A DNA stretch of 64,000 nucleotides from Cirrosporium novae-zelandiae (lineage: Eukaryota): the NCBI GenBank assembly GCA_026023565.1, contig JAPETS010000011.1:434001-498000 (forward strand). The letters are read 5' to 3'. This document shows positions 54,600 through 64,000 of this stretch, one piece after another. The number at the start of each line of letters is the position of its first letter. The stretch's first letter is position 1. Both the position numbers and the translations under genes were made by a program. The notes below the pieces were generated by a model. It saw only the letters and a program-made list of their open reading frames with translations, did no database searches and was not told the origin of the DNA.

Positions 54600-54990
54600 C
54601 CTTTATTGCGCTCATCACATATTCTTAGGATTAGAAAAAGAGGTCTTTGTCGTGTCATTGTCAATGCTGGCCAGCCACCAAATAGCATTTTTGTCTTGTC
54701 TGGCTATGCTGCACAAGTCAAACGCTTGACCCGTTCGTTGCAGGATGCTGGTTTGAGCAAAGTCAGTGCCAATGTGACTAGCAACGATGAGGATAATCAA
54801 CCTCAAACAACAAGACTCCCGTGAGGCCTTCTCAAAGAGCATCAAAAAGCCAAGGACACAGACAACAAATAGTACGTAGGACCATGGATTAGGGAATAGA
54901 TAGCAAGGGGAAGTCGCCAGGTTTTACCACGACTTGACATTCTTACACGTGGCGTATCAGGAAAATGGTTATCTATTACTCACCTTTGGT
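54600..54990 (+). pseudogene. Decayed fragment of a Upf1-like SF1 helicase C-terminal domain (tentative)
   Basis: LCRVIVNAGQPPNSIFVLSGYAAQVKRL resembles the I(G/A)VI(T/S)PYxAQV..L motif. Broken downstream PGF..LTRG echoes GFL..LNVALTRA. Confidence 0.4.
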
Positions 54991-56099
54991 TCTTCTCCCT
55001 CCTTCTCGTGATGGTATTGGAGAAGCTAAATATACCCCAACATTGGGTCTCTTCGAAAAACCGCGGTGATGGTTAAAAGGTCATTATTTCACAAACGCTT
55101 AGGCACGATCCATTCCCACCTCCAGAAAATAACCCACCAAAGACGCCTAAACAACCATCCAAGAACAAAAAGGGAACCGGTAATCCGAAAAGCCAAAGTC
55201 ACAGCTCAAGGCCGCCACAACCTCTGGCCGTTTCGACTTATAGGCATGTATTAAGACCAAAAACGAGAGGATGAACAACGAGACTAAAGAGGAAGATCAG
55301 CCACAGAGCACAGCAGTACATAGCAAACGACAAGGGAAGAAGAATATATATAAAAACAGTGGTTCCAATTTCATATGGACAGCCTTCTCCAGCCATTGAA
55401 CAAGCCGAAAACCAACTAAACGAACACTAGCTTCAGAACCATTCACATACAGCACACAAGGCCACCGCAGTAGAGAAAGGGGTGGGCCAAACTCATGGGC
55501 TTCACAACGCGCAGAACAACTAGAAACCATGCAATCAGATCCCAAAGTGTGTCGGTCATAGTCAAAGAATATATTGCCCAAGCCAAAAAAGGGAGGGAAT
55601 AGCTATTAGAGGTTGCAACTTCCAACAGGTTATATGAGCCTAGGACAATTTCTCAAACGAAAATTGCTTTCTAGACAACTAAAATCACTTATTACTCAGT
55701 ATATTCAAGCACACTGATTTAAAGTGAATTAAGTGAAAAGGAAATTCCACTTAACAGACGACTCTCTGCGATTTTTCGCGTGCTGACATCGATACTTAGC
55801 GAGCTAGTCTCAGGATAGCTTAGGTTGGGTTTTACCCACAAACGACGTCATCCTAGCATGGTGGTTTACCGAGCGTACGGCATAAATAAATAAGCTCAAG
55901 GGAGAGCGAAATTATGCAGAATGATCTAGTCTATGGCACGGAATGTTTGATTCCAAATCGAGTTGCAACTTCCAACAATGGCGGGTACATACATAGGATC
56001 CTCCTAATACCTAGTAAAAAAAATTACTACAGCTCACTAGTGGAGTGGGTCGATGTTGGTGTTGCTACTGTTGTGGGAAAGGATATATCTATATATATA

Positions 56100-56370
56100 T
56101 TTACGAACTTACCAAGGTTCTTTTATGCTATTTCTTTCTCCTTCTTGCGCTCAATGATGATGGAAAGCAACTAGTTTCTACCCAGTGCAACAGAAAATTG
56201 GAGATCAGTCCAAGAGATCCACCACTGTTCAAGAACCTACCTAGGTTCTATTACACTCTCTTTCTCCCTCTTGCGCTCAACGATGAGGGAAAAGGAACCG
56301 AGTTTCCATTCAACACGACAAGATTCTCGATTGGTCTAAAAGATTCACTGTTCTGTTCAAGAACCCACCA
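56100..56370. repeat. Degenerate tandem duplication, ~130-bp period
   Basis: TTTCTCC(T/C)TCTTGCGCTCAA(T/C)GATGA and CTGTTCAAGAACC(T/C)ACC each occur twice. Confidence 0.75.
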
Positions 56371-56699
56371 TCTGATAGCTTGGAGCCAAAAACACACTTT
56401 CTAACAGCACTCTTTCACCAAGCAGAAGTGTGGCAGCTGGAAGATTAATCTAAGAATTCATGGACCACGGAAAAATCAGAAGAGTCCAATCTGCTACCCT
56501 CCTTTTCCTTATTTCAAAAGAAATCATAAAGTGGCATCACATCCAAATAACAACTAGAGAGACTTATATAAGACATGCACGAACTTGAACGGTGCAGGCA
56601 GTGTTGGGCTAGCGCCTATCTATAAAGCCCATAATCTTAGCCTTGATTAGACCAACCAATCTATACACTACACACTGCTCAGTTATCATCCTCAACGGG

Positions 56700-57810
56700 C
56701 TTGGACGCTGCAAAAACTCAAGAATTATATATATTTTTCTACCCTTGTTCGATTTTGGAAAGTCGAGTTTTGTATTGTATATACACTTCTCCCTCGAGGT
56801 ATATATCGCTCAAGGGCGTCGCACCCGAGATCTTCAGATGTGAGAGATCTATTCTGGCTTCCTTCTACCTAGTGAAAACCTCACATGGCGCATTTTATCT
56901 AGTTTCGCTATAATGGGACTTCAATTTCTCAACCACCCTAACAGCATGCACACACACAAGGAAAAGGCTACAAACATAAGTTGCATATACTGCAGGGAAT
57001 CCAACTAGGCTTCGGCCGGGCAAGCTTGTGAAATTAGTCAATTAATTAACACGAGATAATTCTTCGAGGAGGATTTTCATCCAGAGCTTCTTCATACCCA
57101 AGGATTCTCAGGTGCAAGAAAGATCTATCTATCTGACTTCTTCTTCTTCCTGGTGAAAGACCTCATGCGGTATTGTTTTTTATTTGGTTCTCGCTATATG
57201 TGGGGACTTTGATTTATCAAATATACCCACTAACAGCATATATACACACAAAGAAAAGGCCACAATCACTGCCTGCATACGCCATAGGGAGTCAGCTGGG
57301 CGAAAGAAACTTAAAAATTAGTCAGTCAGTTAACACAAGATAATTTTTCTTCGGAAGATATTCGCCCAAAGGCTTTGCATCCAAGATCCTCAGGTGGTAC
57401 GAGAGATATATCTATTCTGGCTTCTTCTTCTTCTTCTTCTTCTTCTTCTTCTTCTTCTTCTTCTTCCTAGTGAGAAACTTCATGTAGTGTGTTTTATTTA
57501 GTTTCGCTATCGGGGACTTCGGGTCTCGATTTCTCAAATACACCTCACTAACAGCGTGCACGCACACGAAGAGAAAGGCCACAAACATAACTTGTATATA
57601 CCGTAGGGAATCCAATTAGACTTCGGCTGGGCAAATTTTGTCAATTAGTTAGGGCTTCAGGCTTCGATTTATCAAATACCCTCCCAAACAATGTGTGCAC
57701 ATATAAATAAAGAAAAGACCACAATCACTGCCTGTATATGCCATAAGGAGTCGGGTGGGCGAGGGAAGATTTGTAACCCAGTCGGTATCCACAAAATAAT
57801 CTCTCGGGGG
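56700..57810. repeat. Degenerate tandem array, ~280-320-bp unit, 3-4 copies, one carrying an expanded CTT tract
   Basis: CTAACAGC, GAAAAG(G/A)C(C/T)ACAA (56961, 57253, 57573, 57711), GGGACTT, TCGCTAT and AAATTAGTCA recur in order; about 15 CTT units at 57421-57467. Confidence 0.85.
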
Positions 57811-58073
57811 GAGAATAGAATATCAAATAGCAAAACCAATTCTAGCACCACCACCGCCACCAGGCATTTTTTGACCTCTTTACGAAAGAAAGAAGAGACA
57901 AATTACCTGAATTTTTCACGAGAGAAGCTGACTGGCTTTTTCAGATGATGACGGCAGGCAGCAGCAGCAGCAGCAGCAGCAAGCACACCGGTGAAGGCAG
58001 CGATTGCATATGGAGATGTTCTCATCGATATTCAAAGTCCTAGAATGGAGTATAATAATACTATAACTAATTT

Positions 58074-58108
<35 letters not shown>

Positions 58109-60952
58109 CTCTCTGCTCCAATTTTTTACTTCACTTTTATTTTTGGATTAAATTTGTATAAGAAAAAAATTAGGCTTTCTTTCTTTCTATCTGTGTATGG
58201 AGGAAAATCTATATATGTGAAGATAGGATTAGGATATATATGTTGGAGGGATGGGGGGTTCTGGTCTGGGGATGAAGGGGGAACCACAGAGTTATTAGAG
58301 GGGGGGCACGATGTTCGAAAATTCAATCTCCCCAAACCATCTAAACCACTACAAATAGCGGTATCTTAGTTACCAAAAACCAATAATCCGAAAACCAACA
58401 GTAAGGAGAGGAGAACGGAAAAAGGAAATGAGGTTTGTGAAGTTTACCTATCTACCTAGGTACCTACCTATCCCTAGTCATACAGTACACACACAAAAGT
58501 CGATTAAACTGACTAGCTAGCTTAGCTACCAGTTGAATAAATGAAATGAATGAATGTTATATTATACTTTTAAAACTATATGCTCCATGTTCCATGCCCC
58601 ATACCCATGATTTTTTTTTTTTTTGGTTTTGTAATGCACAGAGTGACAGAGTCTGATAATGATAATACTAACCCCCCCCTCCCTAAGCCTAAGCTAAGCT
58701 GAGGGAAGAACGTAGAACAGTTGATAGTAGTGGAATGGAGGTGGAATGGGGATAATAATCCCAATCCCAATCCCATCCCAGCTCACAAAAAACAACACCA
58801 CCAACCAGGAGTTTATCCTATTTTAATTTAGGTCAACCTAAACTAAACTAAACTTCCTGCCCTTGAACTTCGCGCCGATTCGAGATCTTTTCCACTACGG
58901 CTAATTACTCAACTTACTTGTTTACTATATCAAAGCAAAAAAAATATCTAAAAAAATAGATGAAAGGGTAGAAAATAGAATAGAACGTTCCCTTACTTAT
59001 GATGGGACCTTTTTTTTTTGGAAAGGGAGCCATACTATTTGGTGATATTTTGTGGGTCGGTTGCATACTTACCTACCTACTTACCTACTTACCTACTTAC
59101 CTATAGGAATGAATGAATAAATGATAGCAAGTGATAGTGATAATATAAATTTTACCCAGGGTCAAGAAGGAATAGTCCTCATCTTTTCCGTCTTTTTTTT
59201 CGTGTTCCCCTTGTGTCTGTGTCTGTGTGTCCCTTCCTTACGACTTAAGTGAACACATCAAATAATAATAATAAGTTGGTACTTGGTAAGTAGGATAGAT
59301 AGAAATATTCAAAGCAGAGAAGAAGCAGGAAAAAAATACTTAAGCTCTAAGGTCTAAGGAATAAGCATATCTATAACCCTACAACAAACAAATATCAACC
59401 ACAGATAAATAATATCCCCCTTATGCCCCCTTACGGAAAAAAAAAAGAACTTCTCCAGTAATTAACTAGCAATCTAGATTTTGCATATTCTTATTCTGTA
59501 CCCTCCCTATCTTATCTTGTAAAGACCAAGTTCTTCTTCTCTTCTCTTCTATACGCGCAAAACCTGCCTATACACAAGACAGACCCCTAGCCAGACTATA
59601 TACAACTGAAGTCTTACATACTGAACACAAGGGAAATTTATTAAATTTAAAAAGAAGAATATCTTTGTTTCCAAATAAAAAAAAACCCCCTCACTTATCG
59701 AAAGTTTCTAATCCGTCCCTATTATTCTATTATTCCTTCTTCTTCAAAACTTCATCCAAATCATCCTCCTTTAATATTGCATGCGCTTTTTTGTCTTTCT
59801 TTTTATTGATTTTATTTTCTTCGATGGCATCACCCATCTCGTCCCAATTCGTTTCGATCGGTTCCGCTACCACAGAGTGCGCTTCTTTCGCATCACCACC
59901 ATCATTATCATCATCTAAACCGCATTTTCCCCCCCATCAGTACAGTAACAAGCCAAGTATCGATCATATATATAATGAATAAAACTAGGAACTTGTTGGA
60001 ACCAACTAAACATACCTTTTTTTTCGTCATCGTCGTTGTCGGGAGTACCTTGTCCCGAACATATTCAATTTTCTTTCCTAGAGTCTTTCCATAGGCTTTG
60101 AGGTGCTCTATATGGTTGTTCATTATGGACTGTGTGTGTATCTATCTAATGTCCTGGATTCGATTGTGTGCATAAAAGCGATGTCCTGAAAAGGAGAGAG
60201 AGAGAGAAAATCCAAAATATCCAAAATTCGTTTCGTTCCAAGGGTGCTTTGTGGAATGTTCTTGAATGGTTTATTTTTCTGTCAAGGCATGTTGTGTGAT
60301 TAGGATGATGGTATATGGGTTGTTTTAAAGGTTCCTGCTCATTCATTAGGTAGGTGTTTTGATGTGTAGCACCGAAATCATAAATCAGCCATCCTGAGAT
60401 CTGTACTCTTGTAGACCGAGATAGGCAACAATAAAGACTAGTCATTTCATGGAACGGCAAGCAAGTGAAAACTTTCGCGTTTGACTCTTATGAAACCTAT
60501 CAAACTAAGTTCCCCGAGTCAAAGCCGAAAGGTAATGATAAAGCGGTAGTAGCAAGAGTACTAAAGTTCTCCAAAAACCAGGATGTGTGGTTCTGTAAGC
60601 AGTGAGTCGTAGGCAGGCCGATTGTTGTAATAGATAAACACATGGCTTTCTCTATAATAGACTAGGATGATAGTGATTAGGATTATTTAGAATTCGACGT
60701 TGATAAAAAGAAGATTCTGATGCATGAACCAAAGAGAATTAATAAGGACTTCGAGAGTAGTTAAGGGCTTGGATGGCAAGTTGAAAACGGCAGGTCAGTG
60801 GCAAAAAGGAATCAGATTTTGGTGAATTTTGGGCTCCTTCCTTCATAATCATGAACGGGTTTCACAGAGCTAGAACCACTCCATCTCTTAGTATCAAAAA
60901 CATCTAGAATAGGGAAGCAGCAAATGCCAGAATAAAAGGTGTTTAACATGAC

Positions 60953-61428
60953 AAAAAAGTTCAGATGCCCATTGACATCTTATGAAAACTCCCACCTCGG
61001 GCCTGCTCATCCCGAGAGGTGTTCTTCGGCCTCCCCGTTCTTTCTTCCCCCTTCGGCATCGGCCATGTCGTGTGGATTTTTGTCACTGGTGGGATTCGAA
61101 CTCGTCCATGCCCTTCTTGCCTTTATTGCCCCTCCGATTTTTCTGCCCCTCTGATTTTTTTACCCATCTGATTTTTTTGCCCGTGCCCTTCCTGCCCTTC
61201 CTGCCCTTCCTGCCCGTGCCCTTCCTGTCCGTGCCCTTCTTGCCCCTCTGATTTTTTTACGCCTTTGATTTTTTTGCCGCCTGTCCCCGTGCTCAACTAT
61301 CCTATCCCCCCTTCCACTCTTCTACCCACCGCAGGATTCGAACTCGGCACTTCGTTTGGCAGTAGCCTTTTCGTCACTGTGAAATGTGCTAGGTCTACTG
61401 GGCGGGACCACTGAGCCACTTTGATTTA
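60953..61428 (-). ncRNA. Candidate Pol III type-2 transcription unit (tRNA-derived SINE or unknown ncRNA)
   Basis: A box TGGCTCAGTGGT (61418-61407), B box GAGTTCGAATCC (61345-61334) and an identical second B box (61103-61092). No T4 run on the minus strand until 60988-60985, then T6 at 60958-60953. Confidence 0.5.
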
Positions 61429-63200
61429 CCGCCGACAAGTTTCCCTTGATTGTAGCTTATCAAGGGAAGCACCTTCAGAATGAGCATGTGATTAGGGAAC
61501 CCGAAAGCAGGCTAGACCAAGGCCATAAAGCTTCATATCAATGGTTTGATTGCCCTACCCACCATTTCAAGTATAACCTGCGTGGCATCCTCTCGCTTAT
61601 AGCAAGAGTGAGCTACAGATACTCAATAAGTTTCTCTCCAGTTAACTATATTAAGTATCTTTTTGACTCGTCGTCCAAATCCCAAGTCCGTCGTTCCTGT
61701 CATCATGTCTACCTAGAGAATAAGTCATACCAGTCAGCCTCTATGAACATGTATGAACATGTATGAACATACACCATCTGGCATTCGAGGCCATGCCGCC
61801 GCCCATAAGCAAAAAATGATCCAAAACAAAAATAAGTTGATTCAACCGATGCAATGAAGTAAAATTACTCAAAAGCGACATGATCTAACCAGTTCTTCAA
61901 ATCAAAGAAATTACAACATGAAACAAGAACCTCAGGCTTCATAAATGTCTTTGGATGTTCATACAATATTCTTGTTCCGCTGGACATGACCAAAGGTCAC
62001 CTAGTATTTAGGTATTCCTTCCAAAGTTCCAGCAAAGATCCTATGAAGGATTGAGGGCTCGATCTAGAGGTTGTATATTTCAGTATCCCCTCCACACCCT
62101 CTCCGAAACAACATGCTGAATTGATGCCAGCAGGGTGCGAGTAATATAAATAATAACTACACCACCATCACTACCATCATCACCACCGTCATCATCATTA
62201 CCAAATCCCCAGGAACTGTAGGAGGTTATGCAGCAAGACGGTTGTGTATATAGTAGGTAATAATGTTAATTAATATAAACTGTCAGTGTCATGAATCATT
62301 GTTATGGAATTACCTAGTTTGAACTGTTTGACTAGTTTGTTTAGAACGCAGGCCTTGTCGCGGGATATATAACCAGTACTTCTAGAACTACCTAGGTACC
62401 TAGGTACTCAGTGGAAATCTTCATCCTTTTTATAACTGACCACGTTGCTCATAACAATGACCATTTTCCCAATAATCATTCGGAGGAGAAGGTGAAAAAG
62501 AGATAGACAAAGAAAGGAGCAATGCCAGTTTTAAGGAAGAGCTACAATGAAGGAACAGAATGAGGGGTTGTTTGCGAGAAGAATGAATATAATAGATCAA
62601 ACTATTATCAATTCACAACATTCTATGTTGGAAGAAATTAGCGCTGAGATTTGTAAGCCATATTTGGTTTAGCGAATTTGCAATCCCTGGCGGCATCGCG
62701 TCCTCTATAACCTTACCGAGACATCAATAAGAAGGTCATCTAAGTAACATTACTCGATATTATGTATTATATATACTTACCCATTTAATGAATCATAAAT
62801 CCTATATAGGTAATACGAATCTGGAACTTTTTGGTTGTGATAGCTGAAATGCGACCTCATCGATGCACTACTGTTTCCATTTTCAATAGTCTACTGCATG
62901 CAAATGTTAAGCTTACCGCAAGACCAAAAAAAAACGTGGAATATTATAGACAGCTTTACATGATATTGATCCTAACAAATTCTCTTCGATTTCATATTTA
63001 CTTGTCCCAACTAAATAACCCTACTCTTGGCGCTCCACAGCCACATCAATAGAACATTCCGGCAGAAGCACACCGCCGAGCAAAGTCAACTTACTTAACT
63101 CCATCCCCACCTCCCAAAATCACAATGTCACGTTCACCAAACATTTATTTCTCTACACTATTATCCCTAAGCCAAATATAAACCAACTTCTTCAGCCCTT

Positions 63201-63810
63201 ATGGATACTCCTCACATCGCGATGCCAGACCCAGACCCCGCGAGCCCAGATTCTTACAAGCGAGAATCTGCTGCTACAGTTGAGGAAGAAGAGGGAGAAA
63301 TCACTCCATCAGCTCTAGAATACACGGCACCGAAAGAAGGTGTGTGGGGGGGAGACAGCAGCGTGGACGCTGGAACAAGGCCCCAAGAGATCAAAGAAGC
63401 TGCCCAACAGGTCTTGAGTATGCACTTATATCCCTCCCCTCTCCCTCATCCCATCTTATCCCATCCCATCCCAAAACTAATACTAGCAAAACAGAAAAGC
63501 ACGTCTCAGACATAAAATTCAAAATGATGACTACACTCATCATCGGTACGTCTTACCTATCCATCCATATACTAACCTAATAATAATCCTTGTTTGTGTA
63601 TACATGCATGCATGCTTACTGAGCTACTAAGCTAATATAATATTCTCCTACCTCGAAACAGATAAAATCAACAAGACAGACGAGACAAATTTGTCAGAAT
63701 GGGCAAATATTAAAATGGAGATTTGGATGCTGGATACTTTGATTGATATGGCCAATCGGAGACAGGATTTTCATGTCGATATGAGGGAAAGGTGTACCTG
63801 GATGGAATAA
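63201..63810 (+). CDS. Hypothetical acidic protein, 3 exons (introns ~63418..63494 and ~63547..63661)
   Basis: GTATGC..CTAAT..CAG and GTACGT..CTAAT..CAG introns splice in phase into one reading frame ending RERCTWME*. Confidence 0.6.
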
Positions 63811-64000
63811 GTAGTCGTAGGGATGGGATCTCTATGGTGGTGGCATATAGTTTTTTTTTTTTTGGTTCAAAGCATGTGTGTTTATGAACTTGGATTCTTT
63901 TAAGAGATGAAACATTGGATATTTTCTCTGTGTGTACAATAATAAAAAATTAAGCCCCATCACCATAGAATCCCAATACAAAGAATACAAAAAAAAGCAA

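Noticed and set aside
53370..57810. Repeat arrays as CRISPR-like loci
   Set aside because: The DNA is eukaryotic, there are no cas genes, and whole units are homologous rather than repeat plus unique spacer.

Overview
This is intron-containing eukaryotic DNA from a filamentous ascomycete (Pezizomycotina-type GT..CTAAC..AG introns), not a prokaryote, and it has no CRISPR or rRNA. Bases 1-51.1 kb are gene-dense. They hold the 3' part of the siderophore ornithine monooxygenase sidA, an F-box/LRR protein ending in CaaX, a PAS kinase, SEA4/MIOS, EFG1, an NT-C2 protein, a C2H2 factor, a CYSTM protein, BFR1, RPB5, a three-gene CoA-ligase / 3-hydroxyacyl-CoA dehydrogenase / MFS group, an adhesin-like membrane protein, RPS7 and several hypothetical genes. 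Bases 51.3-63.2 kb are an approximately 12 kb gene-poor zone with a 126-bp hAT-type MITE (8-bp TSD), decayed tandem arrays and pseudogene fragments. The most interesting unexplained signal is a set of RNA polymerase III promoter-like elements: (i) an A-box + B-box + second B-box unit of about 450 nt with internal repeats at ~61.0-61.4 kb, (ii) a three-copy dispersed B-box repeat, and (iii) a decayed tRNA at ~23 kb. B-box elements lie near both ends of the gene-poor zone. All calls come from reading and recognising motifs by eye; no database searches were run.
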